The notes under the pieces are model-generated. The model ran no database searches and was not told the DNA's origin. It saw only the letters and a list, made by a program, of their open reading frames with translations. Shown here piece by piece: positions 38,973 through 51,188 of a DNA stretch of 64,000 nucleotides. Source of the stretch: Octopus bimaculoides (Eukaryota). The DNA lies in assembly GCF_001194135.2 (NCBI RefSeq), contig NC_068984.1, positions 69,664,729 to 69,728,728 on the forward strand. Reading direction: 5' to 3'. A program made the position numbers and the translations under genes. How positions within the stretch are numbered: the first letter of the stretch is position 1; every line of letters starts with the position of its first letter.

Positions 38973-39028
38973 CTTATCTAAGTCTTCTTATAAAATTATT
39001 GAAACTGGTAGCATATCTTGATAGAAAT
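38973..39028 (+). CDS. Candidate 56-nt exon of an unidentified gene
   Basis: tactttcccttttcttccag| ... AAT|GTAAGT; single open frame YLSLLIKLLKLVAYLDRN. Confidence 0.27.
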
Positions 39029-39135
39029 GTAAGTAGTTTCTTTACTTTGTCCATGATAAATTATTCAAAGTATATTCTTCTTTCTGTTTCAACACACACA
39101 CACACACACACACACACTCACTCACTCACTTACTT

Positions 39136-39175
<40 letters not shown>

Positions 39176-39344
39176 GGACCTTACCTTACTGAGATTGACA
39201 AGTCTTCTTGAACACAATGAATTGCCAATCCTCTTGGTTTTCTTGTCATGCCCTCTGGGGGCCTTCTTCACTTCTTCATCCCACACTTTCTTGGATTTGT
39301 CTCATTCACAAATTTCAACCATATTTAGCAATCACCGAAGATGA

Positions 39345-39488
39345 ACTATTGGTTTCAAATTTTGGCACAAGGCCAGCAATTATGAAAGCAAAGTTGACCT
39401 GGACAGAATTTGAACTCAGAATATTGAGGTGGACAAAATGCTGCTGTTTTGCCTGGTGTGCTGACAGTTCCACCAGCTCACCACCTTA
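39345..39488 (-). mobile_element. SINE family B, internally deleted
   Basis: tttcaaattttggcacaaggccagc..aaagttgacc..gaatttgaactcagaat. Confidence 0.65.
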
Positions 39489-39554
39489 AGAAGAATAATT
39501 AGTGCAAGCAACAAATACAGAGATTCTTATTGAGGAATGACCAAAATAATTAAA

Positions 39555-39875
39555 ACTGGCACTCTGTTGGTTACGACAATGAGGGTTCCAGTTGATCCAA
39601 TCAATGGAACAGCCAGCTTGTGAAGTTAACATGCATGTGACTGAGTGCATCACAGACATGTGTACCCTTAATGTAGCTCTCAGAGAGATTCAGCATAACA
39701 CAGAATGGGACGAGGCTGGCCCTTTGAAATACAGGTACAGCTCATTTCTACCAACTGAGTGGACCAGAGCAATGTGACATAAAGTGTCATGATCAAGGAC
39801 ACAATACATCAGCAGGAATTGAACTCATGGCTTTGTGATCATGAGCTGAATACCCTAACCACTAAGCCACACACT
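39555..39875 (-). mobile_element. SINE family D: different tRNA-like head and core, family C 3' module
   Basis: Minus head gtggcttagtggttagggtattcagc..gagttcaattcc; core gtgtccttgatcatgacacttta..ccactcagttgg; 3' part matches the 46930-47097 module. Confidence 0.75.
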
Positions 39876-39879
39876 TTCA

Positions 39880-40035
39880 CCAGTAAAATAATTAAACGGG
39901 ACAAAACACAAAAAATCGAGAATGTCAGAGAATTGAAGGTGAATACAAATACAAATTATAAAGCAAAACCTCTTATCACCTGCATCATATGTCCACGAAG
40001 CAATGATAATTATATCAAGCAAACAGAATCAAAAT
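39880..40035 (+). mobile_element. Second Penelope GIY-YIG fragment
   Basis: ELKVNTNTNYKAKPLITCIICPRSNDNYIKQT (cf. NCKSKNLIYCITCP.C.ENYIGQT). Confidence 0.65.
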
Positions 40036-40464
40036 AGATACAAGAGATTAGGGTACATAAGCAATAATTCAAAGATTCATCTTTTAAACATCTAGACATT
40101 TGAGCTAATGGAAAATTCTAAATATTCATTTTATTTTTTCTTTGTCACAAAATAAAGGAAGAAAATGATCAAGTATGAAAGACAACAGAGGAACACTTTA
40201 TAAGAATTCTTAATCTGAAACTAAATCGGAAATAGTCAATGCTGCTACTAAAACTACTTTCTCCATATAGATTACCCCTTGGCGTATATGTTTCAAATGG
40301 TGCAAACAGTGAAAGAGATTACTCACAATATGGAAACTTCCTCTCATATGATTTGTGCCTTTTCTGTGCATTTTTAAAGATTATTTTCACATAATTAATG
40401 ATTTTTAATTTAAGTAATATTTCTTCAAATATTGTGACTGCATCAGTAACTTTTTCTTTAACTC

Positions 40465-40564
40465 GGTGTTGCCATCCTGTTTCACGAGTCCTCAGTCAAA
40501 TCGTCCAACCCATGCTAGCATGGAAGGCGGACGTTAAACGATGATGATGATGATGATGATGATG
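40465..40564 (+). mobile_element. 100-bp 5'-truncated RTE tail
   Basis: gtcctcagtcaaatcgtccaacccatgctagcatggaaggcggacgttaaac(gat)n. Confidence 0.85.
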
Positions 40565-40799
40565 AACATATAAATATTATTATTAAAATAATATTAATAT
40601 CCAGCAAGAATAAAGCACCATATAGGTAGAATTATAAATATATATAAAGAGGTGTACTTGAAGTACAATCATTGCTAGAAATAGCAGCCAGTAAGTTTAT
40701 ATGTATGTATGCATGTGTATATGTTTGCACGTATGAAAGTATGTGTGTGTGTGTGTGTGTGCGTGTGTGTGTGTGTATACATATATATATATATATATA

Positions 40800-40955
40800 T
40801 CATCATCATCATCATTTAATGTCTGTTTTCCATGCCGGTCTGGGTTGGACAGTTTGACTGGGGACTTGCAAGCCAGGAGGCTGCACTAGGCTCCAATCTG
40901 ATCTGGCAAGGTTTCTACAGCTGGATGCCATTCCTAATGCCAACCACTCTGAGAG
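40800..40955 (-). mobile_element. RTE tail copy
   Basis: (cat)n ttaatgtctgttttccatgcc..tttctacagctggatgccattcctaatgccaaccactc. Confidence 0.8.
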
Positions 40956-41229
40956 ATTTCAAAGACTGACATTGAGCTTTGTTAATAGACATTGCAAAGC
41001 AAAGTCACACTGGGAATTGTGTTCGTTTGATCTCAAATGTCTGTTGGTTTGATGGGAATTCTTGGAATGAAAATTTCTTCCACAGAGGTACATCCAGTGA
41101 TGATGGTAGCTTCTGTTAGATTAGGTGATAATGTCTTGACAATTAACCTTGTCCCATTGCATAAACGATGATGATGATGATGATGTGTGTGTGGAGAGAG
41201 GAGACAGAGATACATTCATACACATCTAT

Positions 41230-41385
41230 ATTTTTTTTAATTTATGTTTTCCAGTCTACCCAACACAAAGCTTTGGTTATCACGGGACTTCAGTAGAAGT
41301 CACTTTCTTAAGGTGCCATGCATTGGGGTTGAACCTGAAATCATGTTGTTAGGAAGCAACTTTCTTAACCCACAAGTCATGTAAA
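41230..41385 (-). mobile_element. SINE family A, 5' fragment (sister copy at 42075-42215)
   Basis: caaagctttggt.atc..gggacttcagtagaag.cactt..ttaaggtg..at.cattggg.ttgaacctgaaatcatgttgttaggaagcaa, shared by both copies. Confidence 0.7.
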
Positions 41386-42074
41386 TGTTTATGTTTTGCC
41401 ACTGTATATTGATAATAAGTGTAAACATCAGCAAGTAAAAACAAAACAATACTTGAGAATAAAAAGATACCATGCAGCATTTTCTCCATTGGGGATTCCA
41501 TCAATTCCTTGTCACTTTCTCCATCAGAAATGTGATGAATCAGTGATTAATCTGTTGGAAACATGTAACCACAACAGTGATTGTTCTCACAATGTGATGT
41601 TAAAATAAGTAAATAAATAAATATGCAAATAAATAAAATGACTCACCTGTATCATATAATCAGCCTTCTATTAGGATTTGAAAAAATTTATATGAAAGGA
41701 TAGATAAGTCTGTTCAATAAAATGATAGCTTTTTTTCTTTCCTATCATTTCTCTATGTTGATAATAAGTAGCTTATTTCAAAACTTCTCCCACCTATTTC
41801 AGGTACCACCTCTTATGGATCCATGACACTTGCTTACTAATTTTGGTTTATCCATTTCTAATCATACTCAAAATAACATTAGATTTGTATTTCCCAAATT
41901 TGCTAACCCTTGATGTTTTTGATTTAACACATATATAATCTCAAATTTAATAACAATAATATTCTAATTAGAAATGTAGTGCGAGTATTTTCTCTTGCAG
42001 GTATGATTTCTAATTAAATCCATTTCATATCACATAGCTAATGACATTTTCCATTTTCAAATTTTTATAGACAT

Positions 42075-42215
42075 TTCACACTCATCTACCCAATCAACTC
42101 ACAAAGCTTTGGTCATCCTGGGACTTCAGTAGAAGACACTTGCTTAAGGTGCGATACATTGGGATTGAACCTGAAATCATGTTGTTAGGAAGCAAATTTC
42201 TTAACCTACAAGTCA
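42075..42215 (-). mobile_element. SINE family A, 5' fragment
   Basis: Closely similar to 41230-41385. Confidence 0.7.
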
Positions 42216-44049
42216 GGAGGCTTATTTTAATGTTGTATCTTAGAACATCTGAAATAAGTTTCTGTATTTGTATGATATTAATGTTGATCATTGTAATTCT
42301 GTTTAGTTGCCTTCATATCAAATGAAGTAGAGCTTTACTCTGATTTCAACCACAGTCTCTTATCTTTCTCAAATGACACTGAAACTGGGGAAACTATTGT
42401 ACAAGAACTAACCAAAGTGAAGAATTATCTTACAATTTATATTTGATGCTTTTCATCTTATATGCTTCCTTTTACCTAAAGATAACCCTCACACAAGAAG
42501 AAAGTTCAGGATACATTAGAAAGAAAGAAAAAATCTGTTTATTTTAACCAAGTCCTTAGAAAAAAACTATGTATTTCTGTAATAGTGTTTACTACAATGA
42601 TGCATTATCTGTGAGCAATGACTACTTAGTAATGTAACTTTACATCATGTTCACATGGGTGTTACAATTCTTTTTATTTTCCTAAAATCAGTTGACACTA
42701 TTTTTGAAATAGTTATCATTGAATTGGCATCTCTCCCCAGGAAACATTTCTAGTCATCATTTATTCTGTGAGAGAAGACATTTCTGCTTTGTAAATTTAT
42801 TTAGTCTTTCATTGAATAATTTATTTGAATGGCCTTTTGTTAAGGACTGATAGAAATCAAACATTTCATGTTAGTTCAAGCTCACTTTGCCTGTCACAAT
42901 CACATATATATTCTGTCATTTTCCTTTTATCTGTGGAGCAGTCTTGTCTCATATGACATTTCCTTCATGGTTGAAATCAGTTTAGAGAATTTCCTCTCAA
43001 TGATTTTTTTTTAATACAAGAAGCTAGTTCTGTTGTTCCTACATTGAAGGTGTGATTTTTATTATAGTCTTATACAGTATTAGATGCATATTTTCCTCAA
43101 TGATTGTTGTGATTCTTTTACTCTTATTAATCTACTGGTTTATTAACTGATGAAATTGTTGTTCATAAACTTCCAAATTCTTATCAAGAACCATACCATG
43201 AGTTTTCTATCTTTGGATTACTCTCTTGAATTTTAAACCAGTATTTGGTTTGGCTTCATATCTGAGTCTCTAATTGTTATAACTGTATGTTTTTTTTCTG
43301 TTATATACAAGGTGATTATAACTTTGTAACTTGATCTGTCATCACTAAAGATATTGCTTGGAATTCCTTAATTAAATTTCCTTCGTAATTGATATATAAT
43401 TGTCAAAATCTTAAAGGAGACCATTTTCTTTGTAAAGGAAATTTGATTACTGACCTTCAGTAAAATTAATTGAACTATTTATTATTTAACTGCTTGAAAA
43501 CATGTCTGTGCTTGTTCAATCTATTTACAGTTATTAGATATCCAAATTTAGAACATATTTTGCGCTTATAGACAATATTAAGTTGATTATTTAGTATAAA
43601 GCAAAATATTTGTGTTATCATTATCAGCAACATTATCTAACATTTGTTTCTCCCTTCTCAAACATGTTGGGGTCATTCAAAATACAATATATTTATGCTC
43701 CTCTTGATCCTGTGTCATCTTATCTGTGAGGCCCAATCTTTAGTTTTGGCCAACTAGAAATATGTTATCTCTTCATATTACAAATCTCTGTAGCTCAGCA
43801 TCCTTATTCCTTTGCTCATGTTGGCTGAATTCTTTGAATTCTTTTCCTCTCATAAAAATTGATACTGCACACCCTGAAAATCATACTAAGCTTATTTATC
43901 TTCAATCTTGACAAATCTCTCATATTCTATACCTTCCAGTCACAACCATCCAGCATCATGTTGCTTACAAATGTATTATTGATATCTGCATTTTGCAGCT
44001 CATTGTCATCACTGTTACCACCACCATCACCATCATTATCGTCGTCGTC

Positions 44050-44290
44050 GTCGTCATCGTCGTCATCATCATCATTTTAATATCCACTTTTCCTTGCTTG
44101 CATGGATTAGCTGGAAGTTGAAGAGGCTGATTTTGTAGAGCCTGATGCTTTCCCTCTCACCAAGTCTTACCTGTTCCTCATGACCAAACAATTTTTTCAC
44201 TGAATATTAGGAACAAAGGATACTTTTTGCATTATGGTGACACACTCATTTACAACTATCACACAATGTCAAAGCAAGGAGACAGTGACA
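44050..44290 (-). mobile_element. Old RTE-tail-type repeat with (TCG/TCA)n tail
   Basis: (tca)n ttttaatatccacttttccttgcttgcatgg..ttttgtagagcctgatgc. Confidence 0.55.
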
Positions 44291-44875
44291 CACACACATA
44301 AAGAAGAAAAACATTTGTTGTTGAGTATAAAAATCTTGAAGTTGAAAACATATTGTTCTACAGAAATAAATGATACAGTAGTATACTTCTAGACTCTCCC
44401 ATTCTGTTGTTGCCTACAATCCTCCATGCATCTCTTTGATGCTCTATGGATGTCCATGGCATGCAGTTTATATCTTTTTTATTGTGATATCTTTTTACAA
44501 TAACAAAGACAAAGTGAGCCACATTTTCTTTGCTAATGCATAATTGTGAGCACAAATATTTGAGTGGTGTAATAAAAAAACTAATATTACACCTGTATTG
44601 ATTTACATATAGCTATGGGTTTATAGAAAGTTTTCTTAGAAAGTTTCAATTAAGCCAACCCAATTGAAATTTGAGCTAATCAATATAAGGTACTGATCTA
44701 CATACTATATAAAACCTATTATGTAGTTCTTTACCTCCTCTAGCAAAAAATAAATAACATTAGTGGTGCTATAGGTTTATCATTTCAGGTGTTAACTCCG
44801 TGTCAGTTTCTTTCATGTCAAATGTATTTTTTCCTATCTGCATTTCTTGTGCTTATCAATTTATTTCAACTTCTT

Positions 44876-44917
<42 letters not shown>

Positions 44918-45128
44918 AAGCAGCAACAGTGTAGGGGCATGTAGTGTAACAGCATGTTGCTGCATCCATCAATTGTTGGTTAATTCTTACCATTCCTGGT
45001 AGATGATGCTTTTATACCTCTCAGGTGACAACTCTCCAACTCAAGGGTCTGTTTGTATAGTTGTTACTGGTGGGCAGCATGAATGGCATAATTTTTTTGT
45101 GTTTTGGTCATAAGATTAAAATATATCT

Positions 45129-45270
45129 GGATTTGTTTCTTGTTCATGCTCATTTAATTAAAATAATATTAAAGTATGATAATTTTATTAATTAAAATCA
45201 GATTTGTCTCTTGTTCATGCTAATGTAATTAAAATAATAGAAAATATAATAATTTTACTAATTAAAATAA
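45129..45270. repeat. Diverged ~71-bp tandem duplication
   Basis: gatttgt.tcttgttcatgct.at.taattaaaataata.... repeated at 45130 and 45201. Confidence 0.8.
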
Positions 45271-46224
45271 TATTGACTCATATTAAATATTTTTATCATT
45301 GCAGATAGAGTCCATAACCCTTTACAGGGCTTTGAAATTGGTGGGAAGGAGGAATGTCTCTTTAAACCTGAGGACTGCCCTAAATTCTAGCAACCAAGGC
45401 CATTAATAGAGTAGACTTTGTTAATGGCCCTAAGGAATCAGGTGGTTGTGTTAAACTTGACACTGGATTCTCTTTATTACCTGTACAGGCAGTGATGGGA
45501 TTTCAGCTCAGAATGTTTGATGCTTTTTTTTTATTGATCATCGAAAATGTAATCCAAATTTCCCTTCAGTGTAATTTGAACTTAGAAAGCAAGGAGTTAG
45601 AATGAATAACTTGAGGAATTTTATCTGATAAACTAAGATGTCTGTCAATCTATTGCCTACCTGGGATAACACATAAATAATTTAAAATAAATATGTTGTT
45701 ATAAAGAGTAAAAGAAAAAAGAATAAAATGTAAGGTCTCCTACCCCTGTGAAATTTCATCCTTCATCTGTTTGCTTACATTTCAGTGTAATAAAATACTA
45801 TGCTGTTTGTCCTCAATGAAATTCAACTGTTGTATTAACATATTAACGCACATTTTCAATAATTTACTTGAATATAAAAATTTATTTGCTGTTTATTACT
45901 AGGTTAACTGTCAGCAAATTTAATTCTTTAATTCAATATAAATAATCTATAACAAAATCTCTATGCTTTAACTTTTATTGCAAGAAAATACTTTTAATTT
46001 TCCAATTTAGTTTTTCTTTGTTTCTTTTTCTTCTTTCTTTTTCATCTCAAGCAATTCCTGATTAAAAATTACCATGAGAATTGTCTCAGATACCTAACCT
46101 CTGGTGCTGTCTTTGACTTTGCAGAAAATGGAAAGCATGTGTAGAAAATAACATGGGTCAATAAACAGTTGTAAATAGCTGAAGGGATTGGATATTGAGT
46201 TGAGAATCAATTCAAATTCTCTTA

Positions 46225-46345
46225 GGCAGTGGATTGGCAGAATCGTTAGAGCATTGGTCCATTATGTTCTGAGTTCAAATGCTTCTGAGGTCAACTTTGC
46301 CTTTCATCCTTCCAGCGTCGATAAAATAAAGTACCAGTACAAGTA
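46225..46345 (+). mobile_element. SINE family B, 5' half
   Basis: ggcagaatcgttagagca..ttctgagttcaaat..ctttgcctttcatcc..gtcgataaaataaagtaccag. Confidence 0.75.
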
Positions 46346-46728
46346 TTCCTTTAAAGCATCCTAGATGTGAATGGAATTAGAATATAAATTCTGACAGCTG
46401 TTTTGCTCTTATCTTCAAATTTATTGACTCACTGCAGTTTTCAAAAGAAAGGACTGAAAGCAATAGTGTTGAGAATGTTGACACCTCTCACTCACTGTCT
46501 TCTTCATATTCCACCAGCAAAATAAATTTGTTTTGCTTTATTACATGAGATGCATTGCTGTAGAAGCGAAGTGAGTGGGGAGATAAATTATTGGAGTATC
46601 AGCTTCTAGATTGTGAGTTCAGTTTCTAGTTGCAGATAAATAGTAGTTGTTTGGCAGGACTCTTTATTTTATTTACTTTTCTGTGTGTCTCTCATGCAAA
46701 TTTATTGCTTGTATAGTATGTATGCCGT

Positions 46729-47097
46729 GGAGGTGCAATGGTTAGGGCAGCGGACTCGCGGTCATAGGATCGCGGTTTTGATTCCCAGACTGGGCGTTGT
46801 GAGTGTTTATTGACCGAAAACACCTAAATCTCCACGAGGCTCTGGCAGGAGATGGTGGTGAACCCTGCTGTACTCTTCCACCACAACTTTCTCTCACTCT
46901 TACTTCCTGTTTCTGTTGTGCCTGGAATTCAAAGGGTCAGCCTTGTCACACTGTGTCACAATGAATATCCCCGAGAACTACGTTAAGGGTACACGTGTCT
47001 GTGGAGTGCTCAGCCACTTGGACGTTAATTTCACGAGCAGGCTGTTCCGTTGATCGGATCAACTGGAACCCTTGTCGTCGTAACCGACAGAGTGCCA
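46729..47097 (+). mobile_element. SINE family C, full length
   Basis: tRNA-like head (tggttagggcagcggactcgcgg..cggttttgattcc), body ctgctgtactct..; 3' hairpin gttccgttgatcggatcaactggaac. Confidence 0.88.
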
Positions 47098-48065
47098 GCC
47101 ACCAGTATGTATGCCTCTGTGTGTGTGCTTATATGAGTGCATGTGTGTGTGTGTGTGTGTGCATCAGAGATGGCTTGTGTTATGAATGCGTGTGTGTGTG
47201 TGTGTATGTGCCTGTCATACTCACTTAGAGTGCTTTCATTTTGTGTGTCTGAGTGGACCCCTCTCATAGTATGCAATCAGAAATTGTTTTTGTAGTATGT
47301 GCACATGTGTGTGCTTGTGTGTGTATCCCTTTCGTAATGCTGAGTCACTTAGCATTCATGAATAGATACTAGACAGTCAAGGGAGGTTACATGGAATAGA
47401 ATTAATTAGTGCTCATCTAGGTAGTTATTTATCTCTTACTATACTAATTACAAGTAGTCAGAAAGCCACCCAAAAAACTGAAACCTGAACTGCAATTTAG
47501 AAAGTTATGCTAGTATTGATGCATTTAATGCAAGAAGCTTTAAAATGCAACTAGAAATGAGTGTGTGGTGGGGAAAGGAAGAAAGAATCTACTACGCAGT
47601 GATGAATATTGTTTTAAACTACTAGTGTATTGGTTGTTTCTTTTTTCTTCTATTGCAAAGGAAAGTATTGTTTTACCTGAAATTTATTTTACAAAATGAA
47701 TGAGGACAAATATATTTCTGAATTACTAATATCACGCCCCGGAGGAATGAATAAAATGACAAATGAATTTCATCACATTTACACAAAACTGTTTGACTAA
47801 GTATTCTTTTTTCCAATTTTTTCCTTTTTTTCCTTTTTTCTTTCTTCTTTTCCTTTTATCAGTTATGAAAGTGAAAACTGATGATGTCATTTTTATCTAA
47901 ATAGGAATGCAGGATTTCCTTGATTATATTTTGAATTTCTGTGTTTCTGCATTTTTTTCAGTTTACATTTTGAACATAATGAAGACAGAAAATCTGTTGA
48001 AATAGTGTTCAAACTGTTAAATAAACAATCCCTATTACTAATCACATCACGCTTTTCTAATTGTC

Positions 48066-48123
<58 letters not shown>
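48066..48123. repeat. (TAA)n/(ATT)n tract, ~19 units, fused to the LINE 3' end
   Basis: Direct reading. Confidence 0.97.
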
Positions 48124-48126
<3 letters not shown>

Positions 48127-51100
48127 TAGCCTTATTTTTATAACGTGCTTTCATAGCACTACTGAGCACAGCTCTGTGTGCCTTGGGTATGTGCTGTGGT
48201 TTGCAGTGGTGCTATTATTTTCACTGTATTGAAAGTGTTTTACATAGGATGTGTGCAGTGCCCAGTGGTATAGTTTTCTGTGCTATATATTCTTGTAAGT
48301 CCTGGTGTTTTTGTTATGTATTTGTGTGAATGTGCTTTTTCATACCTAATATGCCTACTAAAATACTATATACCTAATACGCCTACTATAATACTATATA
48401 CTATATAATGTTGCTACTACTATAATATTTTTGTTTTTAGGTTCCACATTCGAGTTACCTCTATTTCTAAGTCTTTGTTTGTATTTTGAAAGTTTCTCCA
48501 TTTCTTTTAGAGAAACATTGTCATCTGTTGGTAGTGATACATTGATTTGAAAGCATTTTTTTTTCTTGATGATCTCTGACAACTATATCCAACGTACAAG
48601 CTTTGATTTCTCTGTGTATTGGCATAACCCAGAGTATGGTTACTTTCTCATTTACTGTGATCTTTTCTGGGTTATGCCTCAGCCTTCTTCTTCCTGTTGT
48701 TATTCCATAGTTTTGGTATATCTTCCAGTGTTTATAGGTCCCATCTCAGTCATGTCTGTGAATGTATTCCTTCTTAGCCAGAACTGAAAAGCCAGAGACA
48801 ATATGATTTATAGTTTCTTCTCCATCACTACTTTTTCTGCAGTTACTTATATTTCTTTTCAATATGTGCTTTTTGTGATTTCTGGTGGGAAGGCTTTGAT
48901 CTTGTGCAGTAATTAAAAATCCTTCAGTCTCTACTTTGAGCTCTGATCTTCTCAGCCATTGTTGAGATTTTGCTTTGTTTATTGTTTTTCTGTTTAGCTT
49001 AACTCAATATTTGCCATGTAAGGGCTTTTCTTGCCATTGTCTTATTGTGATACGTTGCCGTTCCAGTTTTAGTTTGGATTTCAGTTGTTCTACAGCTTTT
49101 GTTGTTTTTTTTTTCTTAATATTTCTCAGCTTCCTTCAAGACGGAAAGCAGTTTTTTGTTTCGTTCATGTTTTGTGGCTATTTTTATCAGTTTTCCTTGC
49201 TTCTGAAGTATTCCTGTAATCCATTGGCGGTTATTTTGTAATAGTTTTCTAGTTGTAGAAGGCTTTTATCACTTTCGATACTTTGTATATATAAAACCAT
49301 TCTATGTCAGATTTTGGGTGGTGCATCCTAAATCATGTCACTATTTTTTTTCTTTTCCTGTCTATTTTGATTAGTTCATTTAGAGTCCATTGAAGAATAT
49401 TGTAGCTGTAACGTATAACTGGGATGGCTAGAGTGTTGATACCCATTATCTTGTTTTTTTGCATTGAACTCTATTTTCGTTATTAATATAACTCCTCTAT
49501 AATATTCCTTTATCTTCTCTTTCATTTGTGTGTGTTGTATTATATCTAGTTCATTGATTCCTAAGTATTTGTATGTCTGGCTTTGGTCTAATTCCCTTAT
49601 CTCATTTGCTTTATTTAGTGTAATGTTACTCTTAACTAGTTTTTCTCTATTCAAGGTTGCTTTGGCACATTTTTCTGAGCCAAATTTCATGTTTATTTCT
49701 TTGGTAAATCCATGCACTGTCTGTAGTAATGTTTCTAGCTGTTTATCATTTGTAGCATATAGATTTAAATCGTCCATATACAAGAGCTGGCTGATTGTTT
49801 TGCCATAACAGTTGTATCCACATCCAGTTCTGTTTAACATGTCAGATAAAGGTGTCAGCACCAAGCAGAAAAGGAGTGGAGAGAGTAGTTCTCCCTGGAA
49901 TATTCCTCTTCTAATGAGGATGGTTTTGGTTTTTATGAGTCCTTCTTTTGTCTGGAGCTGTAGCACTGTCTGCCATTTATTCATGGAACGTTTTATATAT
50001 TTTATGATTATTGGTGCTTCCTTGTTCATGGCTTGTGTTTCTGGGATCCATGTGTGGAGAATACTAACAAAAGCCTTTCAATAAGCGATCCAAGCCATAC
50101 TTAAACCCTTCTTCTTTCTTCAGCTGTTTTCAGTTAATGACTTCCTTGGTCAGTGGCTGATCTTTATAGCCATATGAGCCCTTGCAGTATCCCTTCTGCT
50201 CTTCTGGAAACAGGTTGTTTTCTTCCAGATATTTTCTCATTCTCTGCGATATTATTGCAGTAAAGGCTTCGCAAATTGTAGGGAAACAAGTTATCAGACT
50301 GTAATTTTTGTGGGTTTGCTGTTTGGAAATTAGGATAGTTTCCCCTTCTGTGCTCACAGAATTGTCTTTGGCTCTTCTAGTATTTCATTAAATTTTTCAG
50401 CCAGCATTTTATGTACTCTTGTTAGATATTTTAATCAGAAGTTGGGGGTCTTGTTGTGTCTAGGTGCCTTCCAGCTGCTTAGTCTTAGCAGTGCCTGGGT
50501 GAACTCTTCAGTTGTTATAGGAGTCCAGAGTTGTTTAGGTACTGTGTTTGTTATTTTGATAGATCTTTTCTAAGGTTGTTCCTTCGCTGACCATATTTCT
50601 TTCTAAAATTCTTCGACTTCTTCTGTTGTCCATGCTGCACTGATCTCTATTTTATTTTTGTCAAGTTCTTGGTAGAATCTTTTAGGGTTGGAATTGAACT
50701 GTTTGTTTTGTTGAAAGAAATGTTGGCATTTCTCATACCGGCAGATTCTTTGTGCTTTGGCAAGGATATCTTGCTTTAGCTGTTCTCTTACTTCAGGTAT
50801 ACCTTGCTCTGTATTTTTCTTCTCTTCTTATTGCTTAGTAGCAGTTTCACTAAGAAATGACAAAGCCTTTCATTTATTTTCTATTTTTTCTGTTTATTAT
50901 TTATCCACAGGGTTTGTTTGGATGGTGATGCTTCTATTTGAATGGGTTTGAGGTGGTATCCAGTTTGTTTTGTAGCCACAGAGGCTGCTGCATATATTAT
51001 ATCATTTAATCTGGTCATATCGACATTTGCTATTAGCCTGGTTCATGCTATTTATTATTGATGTTGTTTTATTATCAATATTAAATCTTGGGAGGTACAA

Positions 51101-51188
51101 TCAGTGGTCCATACTGAGATCTGAGGCTTTCATTTCTTTAATTATACTCATTTCTAGCATATCATAATCATTAGTTTTGCCTTCACTG
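48124..51188 (-). mobile_element. R4/Dong-clade non-LTR retrotransposon (RT, Zn knuckle, restriction-like endonuclease), decayed
   Basis: LNDIIYAAASV; WKAPRHNKTPNF*LK; RRGIFQGELLSPLLF..LLYMDDL..KFGSEKCAK; CRKS..ETINHIVSG..KKEYIHRHD; INVSLPTDDNVSLKEMEKLSKY; LGTAHILCKTLSIQ* (stop near 48221); ~100-nt 3' UTR. Confidence 0.92.

Noticed and set aside
47962-48232. Plus-strand open frame with a strong acceptor and a poly-Leu stretch
   Set aside because: Poly-Leu is the (TTA)n tract and the rest is antisense R4 3' UTR; no donor.
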